64,000 bases of DNA, taken from positions 1-64,000 of the forward strand of contig JBBRUX010000008.1 in assembly GCA_038247415.1 (NCBI GenBank). Direction: 5' to 3'. Numbering within the stretch: position 1 is the stretch's first letter; every line of letters begins with the position of its first letter. The notes under the pieces are model-generated. The model was given only the letters and a program-made list of their open reading frames with translations, searched no databases and was not told the DNA's origin. Source of the stretch: Chitinivibrionales bacterium (GTDB lineage Bacteria > Fibrobacterota > Chitinivibrionia > Chitinivibrionales > WJKA01). The position numbers and the translations under genes were made by a program. Positions 17,463-27,989 of this stretch are shown here, piece after piece.

Positions 17463-17804
17463 CTACTTTCCATCTGTTGGGGACGAGGGCGCGATAGAAT
17501 CGAGAGTGGCTTTTGTACGTGGAGCCATATCGTCATTAGAGAGCCCATGGCATCTGTTTTTAATCCATTTTTTCTCTGAAATCTTGAGCCCAATCCAAGG
17601 TTTTTTAAAATATTCTGTGACTGAAATACCACATTCTACTAATTTTTGAACCGATTTAACGCTCAGAGCGGAGTCTTTAACCATTTCTTGTTCTGTGAGG
17701 GTAAGACCCATTTGATCGAATGCATTAGCTTCTCGTTGCATGGGTTGCGCGCTAGCACCCAAACACCATAGCACAAGAAAAAGGGCAGTACATGAGTATT
17801 TCAT
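17463..17804 (-). CDS. Hypothetical exported protein
   Basis: N-terminal signal peptide (ASA/Q); co-oriented and adjacent to panD. Confidence 0.6.
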   Translation of the reverse strand: MKYSCTALFLVLWCLGASAQPMQREANAFDQMGLTLTEQEMVKDSALSVKSVQKLVECGISVTEYFKKPWIGLKISEKKWIKNRCHGLSNDDMAPRTKATLDSIAPSSPTDGK

Positions 17805-17874
17805 TGGTAATTCCGCATCAAAAAAGGATATATAATATACAATATGCCGATGAAATTTTGAGAATTGCCTGCTA

Positions 17875-19212
17875 CTACCCCTGATTTTTCATGAGGGCTG
17901 GCATTCCTGTTGCATCGATCACATCGCGCCATAAAGATCGTTCTGGATCAACTCTATTGCGCTGAGATACCGCCATTTGTATGGGTATATGAACCAGATG
18001 GTCGTTGACCATACTTACGAGTGCTCCCGTTTTTCCAGCCATTGCAGCATGCACAGCACTTGCGGCCAAACGCGCACAATAGAGCGCATCAGCGGGATTA
18101 GCCTTTACACTGCGTAACATATAGCTTGGGTCGATGTATTTAAGGTTGAGTTCCATTTTTTCGGCTGCAAAATAATCTTTGATGGCATTGGAAAGAAATA
18201 CGCCGATATCCCCTAATTTTTTATTGCCCGATGCATCGGTACCAGTGATGGCTGCGGGAATAAGCTCTTGTCCTGCACCCTCTGCAACCACAATAACCGC
18301 ATGATTTCTGCTGATAAGGCGCTTTTTAAGACTTGCAAGCAGCCCTTTTTCTCCATGTAAATCGAAAGAAACCTCAGGTATTAAAACATAATTAACATCG
18401 TTAAGGGCCAGAGCAGTATGCGCAGCGATAAATCCCGATTCGCGTCCCATCACCTTAACAAGGCCAATACCATTAATTGCATCATGAGCTTCGACATGTG
18501 CTCCAGAAACTGCATTGACAGCTTCTGAAACTGCAGTATCAAAGCCAAACGATTTTTGTATAAAACTAAGGTCGTTATCAATTGTTTTTGGCACACCAAT
18601 GACCGATAGTCGTAACCCTTGTTTTTGTGCTTCCTCGAAAATTTTGAGCGAGCCCCGTTGTGTACCATCTCCCCCAATAGTAAAGAGCATATTGATGTTC
18701 ATACGCGCCATTGCATCTACGATTTCGGTTACACGCTCGCCACCCCCTCTGCTACTACCGAGTATTGATCCCCCGTGGTGATGAATATCTGAAACGATGT
18801 TTGGTTCGAGTTCCATTGCCGGGTAGCCGTATTCTGGCAAAAATCCCCGATAGCCGAAGCGAATCCCCGAAATGCGCTTTACACCATACCGATACCAGAG
18901 GCAATTCACAAGTTCGCGGATCACATCGTTAAGCCCTGGGCATAATCCACCGCAGGTAATGATTCCAGCATGCACCTTTGTTGGATCGAAGTAGATCTTT
19001 TCACGCGGGCCTGCTTTTTCCAGGAGTTGGTCGCGGGTGAAGGGCCCCATTGTTTCGCCTGGTTTTATTTCAGCGTTGTAAATGACAAGGTGGTCGTCGG
19101 TGACAAAGTTTGCTAAATAGTCCTCGGTTTGAACCGACATGTGCAGGGGAGAGGAAATTTTGCAGGGACCAAGAGTCTGAATTGTAAAATCGATGGGCGT
19201 GGAGTTTGTCAT
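17875..19212 (-). CDS. pfkA: 6-phosphofructokinase (ATP-dependent, plant/spirochaete-like long clade)
   Basis: TCGGLCPGLNDVI, GGDGT, PKTIDND, MGRESG, YIDPSY. Confidence 0.92.
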   Translation of the reverse strand: MTNSTPIDFTIQTLGPCKISSPLHMSVQTEDYLANFVTDDHLVIYNAEIKPGETMGPFTRDQLLEKAGPREKIYFDPTKVHAGIITCGGLCPGLNDVIRELVNCLWYRYGVKRISGIRFGYRGFLPEYGYPAMELEPNIVSDIHHHGGSILGSSRGGGERVTEIVDAMARMNINMLFTIGGDGTQRGSLKIFEEAQKQGLRLSVIGVPKTIDNDLSFIQKSFGFDTAVSEAVNAVSGAHVEAHDAINGIGLVKVMGRESGFIAAHTALALNDVNYVLIPEVSFDLHGEKGLLASLKKRLISRNHAVIVVAEGAGQELIPAAITGTDASGNKKLGDIGVFLSNAIKDYFAAEKMELNLKYIDPSYMLRSVKANPADALYCARLAASAVHAAMAGKTGALVSMVNDHLVHIPIQMAVSQRNRVDPERSLWRDVIDATGMPALMKNQG

Positions 19213-19390
19213 GGCGCTATCCTTTTGATGAAGCTACTCAATCGAGCATGCGCTGATGCGCATTTTTATTGGGTCAGAGAAATTATACATTATTTTCTTA
19301 TAAGGTGGTCTGGAAAATATATTTTTGGTTTTCCTGTATAGCGCTTTTGTAATTATCCGATACTTCATGTTAGCAAAAAAGTGAGTAACT

Positions 19391-21112
19391 GTGAATAAAC
19401 GACTCTATGGTATCGTTATGGTGTGTGCCGTGGGATTCTTTTCATGCGCGCATCAGATTGCCCCAGGCGGAGGGCCTCTTGATAAAACCCCGCCAGCATC
19501 CGTTTCATCTGTGCCTCCTCCGTATGCATTACAGTGTAAAGATATTAAAAAAATAAGCATCATCTTTTCGGAGTGGATCGATCCGGCTACCGCTCGAGGT
19601 GCTGTTTCTTTTTCACCCAAGCCCGTTGGTGGATTTGTGGTAGAGGTGTCTGCCAAAACCCTCATGATTACCCCGGCGTCGGCATTAAAACCAAATTATA
19701 CCTATCATGTTGAAGTGGGTAGTGGGCTTAAAGATATTCATGGCGTGGCACTGGCAGGATCGTATCGGCTTGTTTTTTCTACCGGCGCCACGCTTGATAG
19801 CGGTAAAATAGCAGGATGCTTGGGATTAAAGACAATGTCGAGTCGCCAGCGATATCGCATTTCGCTTTTTTATGCAGATAGCGTATTCAAACCAGAATCG
19901 CTGTTTACTGCAACTCCCGATTATATCACCGAGACCGATAGTATGGGGGCATTTACATTTGAAAATATCCGCAAAGGTCAATATGCTCTTGTGGGCATTA
20001 TGGGGAGCGCTTCTCTTAAAAACGCATCAAATGAAGGTGTTGCGCCATCAAGGGAGCTTGTTTCGTCTGATGGTAGCCACGACCCCGTCTTTCTTTTTCC
20101 CGTTTCGGCCGAGCACACAAAAGCACGGTGCACCGATTTTCGGCTTATCGATTCCCACCATGGTGTGGCCAGGCTTTCTCGCGCTCTTGGCCCGCAATGG
20201 CGCGATACGGTGCGTGCCGCCGACATTTCCATTACGGGACTTGATACAACGTCTCGTGCGCGTGCACGCGTTGTTCAAACAGAGCTTCTTTCTTCCAAGG
20301 ATCGGTGGTTTATAACGTTTGATAGTGTGCTTACCCGCGGCTCGTATCGGATTATTATTAATCATCATGATACTACGTTGTTTACCCGTGCCGATACTAT
20401 CCGATTTAATGGCGCACAAGGGGCAGACACCATACCCTCAACAATCCGGTATGTTGGACCAACGCGCAATGTACGTTTACTTGCGCAACTCACTTTTGTC
20501 TCCGATAAAATTTTGCACACTATGCCGCAAAAAATTACTGCAATCGACACTACAGGAGATTCTGTGGTGTGCATGCGCAAAAACCGGGGCAAATCGGATT
20601 CGCTTACCTTTGTGCCACAAAAACGGTTCCGCACCGATCGTACCTATACCGTCAAGCTGAATGCACAAGAATGTCTCGATGGAGCATCGCGTGCTGCGGA
20701 TGCCGACAGCAATGGTATGGCTGCGGTTGTGGTGTTTAAAACGCTCGCTGCAACGGCATTGTGTAATAGCATGTCGGGAAGCGCACCCTGCCTCTCCCAA
20801 TCGAACTATCGCACCTGGATTTTTACACCGCTGGGGTTTGCAGATCCCCTATATTGCAAAGATAGCGCCGCAACCTTTCGATTCGATTCTATTCCGGCAA
20901 GCAAGGGAACATTATCTTATTTCGAAGATTATGATGGCAATGGCATACCCACCACGGGAATGCTTTTCCCGTTTCTTGCTCCAGAGCCATTATTTACAAC
21001 AAGGGATACCATTGAAGCTCGGGCTCGATGGGATGTAACAGGAGTTTTAATTCCGGAGTGTGCTACGTGTATACAAAAAAGTATGGCACCAGTCAAGAAA
21101 CCGGTGCCGTAA
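19391..21112 (+). CDS. Lipoprotein with Ig-like (Big_5) domain
   Basis: Lipobox FFSC; PGGGPLDKTPP; FSEWID; FSTG. Confidence 0.75.
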   Translation: MNKRLYGIVMVCAVGFFSCAHQIAPGGGPLDKTPPASVSSVPPPYALQCKDIKKISIIFSEWIDPATARGAVSFSPKPVGGFVVEVSAKTLMITPASALKPNYTYHVEVGSGLKDIHGVALAGSYRLVFSTGATLDSGKIAGCLGLKTMSSRQRYRISLFYADSVFKPESLFTATPDYITETDSMGAFTFENIRKGQYALVGIMGSASLKNASNEGVAPSRELVSSDGSHDPVFLFPVSAEHTKARCTDFRLIDSHHGVARLSRALGPQWRDTVRAADISITGLDTTSRARARVVQTELLSSKDRWFITFDSVLTRGSYRIIINHHDTTLFTRADTIRFNGAQGADTIPSTIRYVGPTRNVRLLAQLTFVSDKILHTMPQKITAIDTTGDSVVCMRKNRGKSDSLTFVPQKRFRTDRTYTVKLNAQECLDGASRAADADSNGMAAVVVFKTLAATALCNSMSGSAPCLSQSNYRTWIFTPLGFADPLYCKDSAATFRFDSIPASKGTLSYFEDYDGNGIPTTGMLFPFLAPEPLFTTRDTIEARARWDVTGVLIPECATCIQKSMAPVKKPVP

Positions 21113-21128
21113 AAGAGCAGAGAATGGG

Positions 21129-22670
21129 TTAGTATTCGACTTCGGTGAACCCTGTGTCTCGTTCTTCACGCCAGGGCGATAGTTGACGCGTACGACTAGG
21201 ATGTTTAAGTTTAGCCAACGCTTTTGTTTCGATCTGACGAACACGTTCCCGCGAAATACGAAATGCTTCACCAATTTCTTTGAGCGTTTTGATACGGCCA
21301 TCATCGAGTCCAAAACGCATGGTGAGGATTTCGCGTTCTTTGGGGGCTAAAGAATCGAGCACTTTACGAATCTGTTCTCGTAACCGCATAAGCGATATGC
21401 GTTGTGAGGGATCCTCAGCATTGGTATCTTCGATGTATTCCCCAACAGTAGAACCCCCGTTTGCACCAATTTCCATATCAAGAGATATCGGATCGAGTGA
21501 GTATTCTAGTGCCATGCGCACTTTGGCAATAGAGATTGACAACGCTTCGGAAATTTCTTCGTGAGAGGGATCGTAGCCGTGTTCGGTGACAAATTTTTTG
21601 CAAAACCTGATTATTTTGTTGACAAGATCTAGGGTATTAGCAGGGATGCGGATTGTTTTTGCTTTGTCGTTGATTGCGCGGGAAATTGCCTGCCGAATCC
21701 ACCACGTTGCGTAGGTAGAAAATTTATACCCTTTGCGATAGTCGAAATTTTCGACGGCTTTTATAAGCCCCCGGTTACCTTCTTGAATAAGGTCGATAAT
21801 TTCCATGCCGCGCAGAATATACTTTTTAGCAATTGACACAACAAGACGAACATTGGCTTCTATGATGGCACATTTTGCCTGATTGCGTTTTTCTTCCCAA
21901 TCGGCAAATTCTGTGAGTTCGGCACTACGCCCTGCTTTGGCAAGGTCTGCTTTAAAATGCTCTAGAATGTGCGCAATTTGCTTTGTGTTAAGATTTAGGT
22001 CGCGGCAGAGTGTTACCGAATCTTCTTCGAGACCATGAATCTTGAGGGCAACTTCTTTAGCCTTGACACCGGTGAGTGCAGGCTTTTGAGGTTTTTGCAA
22101 GGTTGCAATGGCTGTTTGCTTGCGTTTGATGTTCGAGATGTTTTTGAGAAATGCAACGCGGAGTTCTTCAAAATTTATTTTGTCAAGTTGTTCTTCTTCG
22201 ATTTGCAAAACATTAATGCAATCGATCTGATTATCGCGAAATTCGTCGCCAATGCGATACAAGCTTTCGAGCGCTGCCTGTGAGCGGAAGGCCATACCAA
22301 ACAGTTTACTTTGAGCAGACTCCATGAGCATGGCGTATTCGCCTTCTTTTTCTCGGGAGAGCAGTGGCACACGGCCAACCGAGTTAAGATATACCCATGT
22401 AGGATCGGAGTAGCGCGGAACCCTACGCAGGGGAACGGGCTTTCGGGATTTCCGGTCGATTGGTAGCGGTTTTTGCGCGCTAATCAGATTATTAAGAGGA
22501 ATATCATGGTCTTCGATGAGCCCGAGAACGTGGGAATGTTCTTCGGCGGTTCCAGCAAGTTGATCGATCTGCGACTCGGTAACAAAACCTTGCAAAGCAG
22601 CAAGTTTTTTAAGCCGAGATTCCATCTTGTCTTGTTCGACTGTCGTATCTTCGTCGTAGGCGCTCGTCAT
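21129..22670 (-). CDS. rpoD: RNA polymerase primary sigma factor
   Basis: [49 protein letters not shown]; follows dnaG. Confidence 0.93.
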   Translation of the reverse strand: MTSAYDEDTTVEQDKMESRLKKLAALQGFVTESQIDQLAGTAEEHSHVLGLIEDHDIPLNNLISAQKPLPIDRKSRKPVPLRRVPRYSDPTWVYLNSVGRVPLLSREKEGEYAMLMESAQSKLFGMAFRSQAALESLYRIGDEFRDNQIDCINVLQIEEEQLDKINFEELRVAFLKNISNIKRKQTAIATLQKPQKPALTGVKAKEVALKIHGLEEDSVTLCRDLNLNTKQIAHILEHFKADLAKAGRSAELTEFADWEEKRNQAKCAIIEANVRLVVSIAKKYILRGMEIIDLIQEGNRGLIKAVENFDYRKGYKFSTYATWWIRQAISRAINDKAKTIRIPANTLDLVNKIIRFCKKFVTEHGYDPSHEEISEALSISIAKVRMALEYSLDPISLDMEIGANGGSTVGEYIEDTNAEDPSQRISLMRLREQIRKVLDSLAPKEREILTMRFGLDDGRIKTLKEIGEAFRISRERVRQIETKALAKLKHPSRTRQLSPWREERDTGFTEVEY

Positions 22671-24433
22671 TGTTGGTCAAGCTCCTGAAAACGTGAAGAG
22701 AGTGATACAAGTTCCGCAACTAATGCGGCTGTATTGGTTGTTTCAAGCTTCATTCGGGAACGTAATAAACGTATCTGTTTTTTCAAGTGTTTTCGTTCTA
22801 GTTGCGTAATTGTATGCGTCAATTGCTTTGCTGGATCTGGGACAACAAACGGCGAAACCGATGCATACGAAAAAACCGCTGATATTCGGGGATCTGCGTT
22901 CCCCGTTGATTCTTTTGCCGCATCGACATTTTTATGATACGAATCGATTATAAAAGAAAATAATTTCGCGGAAAAACGATCGTTGAAAGATTCTGGAGAA
23001 ACCCTAAGACAGGCTGAATCTATCAAGTCGGGAAATTCTATTAAAATTCTGCACAAATCGCCTTCGGGAGTTGCATAAAATTTTTGAGCGAAATCATCTT
23101 CAACTTCCGGGGCGTTTTCCGGTACGGATTCTACAAATCCTGCCCCATTTCTTATCTGAGAATACACTACATCTTCACGCAAATCAAGCTTTTCCGCAAG
23201 TTGTTTGATGTAGGCTCCGGCTACGACACTATCGGTAATTGCGCGCACAATAGGAGCGCAATGAGATATCACCGATGAGATTCCTTGAGGCGTTGAAGTG
23301 TCTAAATCGAGGCATGCTTTCTCAACAAGAAAGGTGAATGCAGGTTTCGCTGTTGCTGCAAGCGCTTTAAATGCATCGGCGCCAAGCTCGCGAATATAGG
23401 AGTCGGGGTCGTGGTTATTGGGCAGGGTGAGAGCTTTAAGAATGCAATTAAAGGGTGCAGCTACAAAAACAGCGCGTTCGATTGCATCCTGTCCTGCGCG
23501 GTCTCCATCGAAGAGGAGAACGATAGTCCGGGTAAATCGGGTTAAAATCTGGATGTGAGATGCAGTAAGGGCAGTTCCTGAAGTAGCAACCACGTTACAA
23601 ATTCCTGCGGCGTACATGGTCAGATGATCCACGTAACCCTCTACTATATAAACAAATCCAGCGTCTTTTATGGCAGGTCGAGCTACATGCAATCCATAGA
23701 GCGTTCTGCTTTTGTGGTACAATGGAGTTTCAGGCGAGTTGAGGTATTTTGGCATCTGATCGCCCGTGAGAGATCTGCCTGCAAAGCCAATTGGTTTTCC
23801 GGTGATATCAAAGAGCGTAAACATGATTCGATTGCGAAATCGGTCGTAGGGTGGAGCGTCATCTGCTTTGCGAATTGCTAGTCCACACGTGACGAGTGCC
23901 TCGTCAGTAATGTTTTGGGTATGGGCGAATGGAACAAGGTTAGACCAACCCGACGGAGCAAATCCAAGCATAAATTCTTTGACCATAGAAGCGGTAATTC
24001 CACGCCCTTTAAAGTATTCGATTGCAATCGCATTGCCTCTAATCTGATCGTAAAAGAATTTTGCTGCAACTGCATGAATTCTCAGGAGTTCCGTTTTAGA
24101 AATCTGGATCGAATCGGTGTCTTGTGCGTGGGGTTCGGCATGGGTACTGGGGATTGCAACACCGGCTTCTTCTGCAAGCATGCGCAGAGCTTCTGGAAAA
24201 GAAAGCCCCTCTATTTCGGTAATAAAGGAGAATACATCGCCACCTTTGCCGCAGCCAAAGCAGTGAAAAAAGCCGCGCGATGGATTCACCGAGAACGAAG
24301 GAGACTTCTCTTTGTGAAAGGGGCAGAGTCCCTTGAGATTTGCACCTGCGGGTTTAAGGGCAACATAGCGCCCAACCACGGTGGCAATATCGATGCGGGC
24401 TCGTACTTCTTCTTTAAACTGATCGTCTATCAT
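22667..24433 (-). CDS. dnaG: DNA primase
   Basis: [11 protein letters not shown] zinc finger, [21 protein letters not shown]; start MIDDQF at 24433. Confidence 0.96.
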   Translation of the reverse strand: MIDDQFKEEVRARIDIATVVGRYVALKPAGANLKGLCPFHKEKSPSFSVNPSRGFFHCFGCGKGGDVFSFITEIEGLSFPEALRMLAEEAGVAIPSTHAEPHAQDTDSIQISKTELLRIHAVAAKFFYDQIRGNAIAIEYFKGRGITASMVKEFMLGFAPSGWSNLVPFAHTQNITDEALVTCGLAIRKADDAPPYDRFRNRIMFTLFDITGKPIGFAGRSLTGDQMPKYLNSPETPLYHKSRTLYGLHVARPAIKDAGFVYIVEGYVDHLTMYAAGICNVVATSGTALTASHIQILTRFTRTIVLLFDGDRAGQDAIERAVFVAAPFNCILKALTLPNNHDPDSYIRELGADAFKALAATAKPAFTFLVEKACLDLDTSTPQGISSVISHCAPIVRAITDSVVAGAYIKQLAEKLDLREDVVYSQIRNGAGFVESVPENAPEVEDDFAQKFYATPEGDLCRILIEFPDLIDSACLRVSPESFNDRFSAKLFSFIIDSYHKNVDAAKESTGNADPRISAVFSYASVSPFVVPDPAKQLTHTITQLERKHLKKQIRLLRSRMKLETTNTAALVAELVSLSSRFQELDQQ

Positions 24434-25518
24434 AAAGAGGGCGTGTATGCTTGCTGGATAAGGGTACAATCGAGCGCAACAAGTGCAGCCATCGATTCGA
24501 CAATTGCCACTGCGCGCGGAACAACACACGGATCGTGCCTTCCCTTTGCAAGAAGCTCTACGGGGTTGCCGTTATAATCAACGCTTGTTTGTGCTTTACC
24601 TATGGTTGCTGTGGGCTTGAATGCAACACGAAAAATTACGGGTTCTCCATTGGTAATGCCACCCTGAACACCACCACTATTATTGGTTCGGGTTCCGAGT
24701 TTTCCATTGCGCATGACAAACGGATCGTTATGCGTAGATCCTCGGAGCGCTACGCCTTTAAAGCCAGAGCCTATTTCAAAGCCTTTTGTAGCAGGGATAG
24801 AAAGCATTGCCTGTGCAAGCCGTGCTTCGAATTTATCGAACACCGGATCCCCAAGGCCAAGGGGCAATCCTCGCATAACGCAGGTTATGATACCGCCCAC
24901 AGAATCGCTTGCATCCCGTACTTCTGCAATAAGCTTCATCATGGAGGCGGAGGTTTGTTCGTGAGGACAGCGAATTATCGATGTGTCAACAATTGTTCGA
25001 GAAAGCGTTGTGAGATCCAGTGGGGGAGTGTCGATGTGACCAACCGAAGAGACATAGGCAACGATTTCTACACCATAGCGTGTTGACAAAATGGTGTCGG
25101 CAAGTGCTCCGGCTGCTACACGGCCAATAGTCTCGCGCGCACTAGAGCGTCCGCCACCGCTTGATGCCTTAATTCCATATTTTGCCTGGTAGGTAAAATC
25201 TGCATGTGAAGGGCGTGGCATATCTGCCATTTCTTCGTAGTCGCCGGGCCGTTGATCGAGGTTTGGAACCGTCATACAAATGGGCGTACCCAGCGTGATG
25301 CCCTTTTCAACGCCAGAAAGGATGGTAACCGTATCGCTTTCCTGACGGGGGGTTGCAAGATCAGATTGTCCTGGTCGGCGGCGCGTGAGTTGCTTTTGAA
25401 TTATTTCTTCACTTATAGGAATTTTTGAGGGGCATCCGTCAACAACAACGCCAACAGCTTTGCAATGCGATTCTCCAAAGGTACTTATTCGAAATAATGT
25501 TCCGAAGCTACTACTCAT
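24430..25518 (-). CDS. aroC: Chorismate synthase
   Basis: FGESH, RPSHAD, RSSARET, RHDPCV. Confidence 0.97.
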   Translation of the reverse strand: MSSSFGTLFRISTFGESHCKAVGVVVDGCPSKIPISEEIIQKQLTRRRPGQSDLATPRQESDTVTILSGVEKGITLGTPICMTVPNLDQRPGDYEEMADMPRPSHADFTYQAKYGIKASSGGGRSSARETIGRVAAGALADTILSTRYGVEIVAYVSSVGHIDTPPLDLTTLSRTIVDTSIIRCPHEQTSASMMKLIAEVRDASDSVGGIITCVMRGLPLGLGDPVFDKFEARLAQAMLSIPATKGFEIGSGFKGVALRGSTHNDPFVMRNGKLGTRTNNSGGVQGGITNGEPVIFRVAFKPTATIGKAQTSVDYNGNPVELLAKGRHDPCVVPRAVAIVESMAALVALDCTLIQQAYTPSL

Positions 25519-26047
25519 AATGGTCTAAAACCTCTCGTACTATAGTTGGTATCGATTTATTATCGGTTTGTATAATGGTATCTGCCAGCCTTTGGTAAAT
25601 AGGATCTCGTTGAGCATAATGCTCCTGAATTGCAGCAAAGTTAGATGATCCACCAATAGAAGCAGGCAATCCTTTATGGAGCATGCGATCTTGAATTGTT
25701 TCCGGGGAGGCAAAAAGGTACACCACAGGACCCAGTGCTTTAAGAATGGGTTGATTGACTTTTGTGAGCGGGGCACCACCGCCTGTTGCCAGAATGAAAT
25801 TTTCTTGAGCTTCGAGACGGATGAGCGCCGTTGCTTCGAGCGTGGCAAACCCGCTAGCTCCCCTATCCCGATAAATTGCTCGGCAGGTTTTTTGTTGAGC
25901 ATGTTCGTGACGATACAAAATTTCTATCTGTTCATCAAGATCGATGAATTGAAATGAAAGCTCTTCTGCAACCGCTTTGCCGATGGTACTTTTTCCGCTT
26001 GATGCAAATCCTATAAAAACTAAAGCATTATTCTTCATATGATACAC
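25511..26047 (-). CDS. aroK: Shikimate kinase
   Basis: [22 protein letters not shown]. Confidence 0.9.
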   Translation of the reverse strand: MYHMKNNALVFIGFASSGKSTIGKAVAEELSFQFIDLDEQIEILYRHEHAQQKTCRAIYRDRGASGFATLEATALIRLEAQENFILATGGGAPLTKVNQPILKALGPVVYLFASPETIQDRMLHKGLPASIGGSSNFAAIQEHYAQRDPIYQRLADTIIQTDNKSIPTIVREVLDHYE

Positions 26048-26171
26048 GATCTAACTCATGGTAGAAATTACATAATAATTAAAATACGCAGCGGGGATTG
26101 GTGTTTCAAACTTGGCTGTGTATTATTTGTTCGGTGTTTAGCTGAAAATTGGGGGCAATGTCTGTAATGTA

Positions 26172-26225
26172 TTGACAATAGTAGTTTATGGGTGTATATT
26201 ATTAGATAATTAGATAGTTGTCTAA
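26172..26225 (+). promoter_or_regulatory. Sigma-70 promoter and probable ArsR/SdpR operator
   Basis: TTGACA-N17-TATATT (26172-26200) and imperfect palindrome ttagatagttgtctaa (26210-26225) just before the regulator. Confidence 0.6.
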
Positions 26226-26238
26226 ACATTAAATTATT

Positions 26239-26535
26239 ATGAATAAACAAAATTCGCTTTTCGAAGCCCTGGCCGACCCAACACGACGCACGATTCTTAA
26301 ACTCTTAAGAAGTGCGCCGTTAACTCCCGGAGAAATGATTAAGCATTTTTCTATCACAAAGCCATCGCTGTCGCATCATTTAGATATTCTTAAAAAGGCC
26401 GATGTTGTGGCTTCGGAGCGATGTGGTCAAAATATTGTATATACCTTAAATACCACGGTATTTGATGAGCTTGTGGCACTAGTTATGGATATTGCAAAAC
26501 CACCTGTTCAAGGAGGATCAGATGTATCGCATTAA
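26239..26535 (+). CDS. ArsR-family repressor (SdpR-like)
   Basis: FEALADPTRRTIL..SLSHHLDILK..GQNIVYTLNTTV. Confidence 0.9.
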   Translation: MNKQNSLFEALADPTRRTILKLLRSAPLTPGEMIKHFSITKPSLSHHLDILKKADVVASERCGQNIVYTLNTTVFDELVALVMDIAKPPVQGGSDVSH

Positions 26536-27190
26536 ATGGCAGAAAGAATGGCTTGCTCTTGTGGTACTTGGGTTAGCCTTTGCTATTGGCACATTGGTAT
26601 ATCCTTTTATGCCAGCGCTGGTTCCCCTGCATTGGAACATTCGCGGCGAGATCGATGGCTTTATGCCAAAATCAATGGGGACAGTATTAATGATGCCTCT
26701 TATTGCCTTAGTAATTTACGTAATGCTACTAGTGTTGCCTTGTGTTGATCCTCAGCAGAATCGGTATGTGGAATTTGACAGTGCATACCGCGTTATTAGA
26801 AACTCGGTGCTCTTTTTCTTTGTGTTTATCGCGCTGTGCATTTATTCATTTGCATTATGGAAATGGCTTCCCGTTGGTAGAATTATTCCTGCAGGGGTAG
26901 GCGTAGTAGTTATATCTCTTGGGAATGTTATGGGAAAAATCCGACAAAATTTCTTTATAGGATTTAAATTGCCCTGGACACTTGCGAGTGAAGTTGTGTG
27001 GAACAAAACAAATCGCGTGGGTGGAAAACTCTTTGTAGTATCGGGAATTGCTGCCATACTTGGTGCATTTTTTCCTGCGATGTGGTCGTTTATTATCCTC
27101 ATAAGCTCTGTACTCATTTCAACGCTTATTACCGTTTTGTATTCGTATACGCAATTTAAAAAAGAAAAGAAACCTGTGCACCATGCTTAA
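26522..27190 (+). CDS. SdpI-family immunity membrane protein (DUF1648 + SdpI)
   Basis: VPLHWNIRGEID; GNVMGKIRQNFFIGFKLPWTL..VWNKTNR. Confidence 0.88.
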   Translation: MYRIKWQKEWLALVVLGLAFAIGTLVYPFMPALVPLHWNIRGEIDGFMPKSMGTVLMMPLIALVIYVMLLVLPCVDPQQNRYVEFDSAYRVIRNSVLFFFVFIALCIYSFALWKWLPVGRIIPAGVGVVVISLGNVMGKIRQNFFIGFKLPWTLASEVVWNKTNRVGGKLFVVSGIAAILGAFFPAMWSFIILISSVLISTLITVLYSYTQFKKEKKPVHHA

Positions 27191-27881
27191 AAGAATCGAT
27201 CAGATATTTTCTAATTTTGGGTTTGGCAGTCGTAAAGATGCATTAAAGGCAGTTCGCAGAGACCGTATTCGCATTGGTGACCGAATTGTTACGTCAACAT
27301 CCGAAAAAGCAGAGCCAAGCGAGGTGTTTATCGATGATGCCCCCCTGGATCATCCCAATGGCATTTACATCGCGCTCAATAAACCAGCCGGCTGCGTATG
27401 CACGCATACCACAGCCGAGGGTCCTACAGTATATTCGCTTTTTCCTCCACAATGGCTCTATCGGACACCCTGCATAGAAACAATTGGCAGACTTGACAAA
27501 GACACAACGGGCATTGTTCTTTTAACCGATGAAATGGCACTTATTCATTCGCTGACGTCGCCAAAAGCTTGCGTTAGTAAAGAATATGTGGTAACGGTTG
27601 AGCAGCCCCTTAAAGAATCCGACATTGCGGTATTTGCTTCGGGAACCATTATGCTGCACAACGATGACAAACCATGTCTGCCTGCACTTCTCACGATTAA
27701 CGATCCTCATACTGCCACAATTGTTATAACCGAAGGCAGATTTCATCAAGTCAAGAGGATGTTTGCGGTAGTTGGGTACATTGTAACATCGCTGCATCGG
27801 GTAAGGGTTGGAGCAGTTTTAATTGGAGATCTACAAGAGGGAACGTATCGGGATTGTGAACCGGAGCTTTTTAAGGGGTAA
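27183..27881 (+). CDS. rsuA: RsuA-family rRNA pseudouridine synthase
   Basis: LNKPAG, GRLDKDTTG, EGRFHQVKRMF. Confidence 0.9.
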   Translation: MLKRIDQIFSNFGFGSRKDALKAVRRDRIRIGDRIVTSTSEKAEPSEVFIDDAPLDHPNGIYIALNKPAGCVCTHTTAEGPTVYSLFPPQWLYRTPCIETIGRLDKDTTGIVLLTDEMALIHSLTSPKACVSKEYVVTVEQPLKESDIAVFASGTIMLHNDDKPCLPALLTINDPHTATIVITEGRFHQVKRMFAVVGYIVTSLHRVRVGAVLIGDLQEGTYRDCEPELFKG

Positions 27882-27927
27882 TAGGCTCTTTGTGTCGTGC
27901 GGTAGAACACAAGTCTTATTTAACGGC

Positions 27928-27966
27928 AAAAAAAAGGCCAGTAGTTGAAAAACTACTGGCCTTTTT
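27928..27966. terminator. Bidirectional intrinsic terminator (rsuA/rpsA)
   Basis: A8-ggccagtagtt-gaaa-aactactggcc-T5. Confidence 0.9.
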
Positions 27967-27989
27967 ATATTCAACAAGCAATGCTAGCC

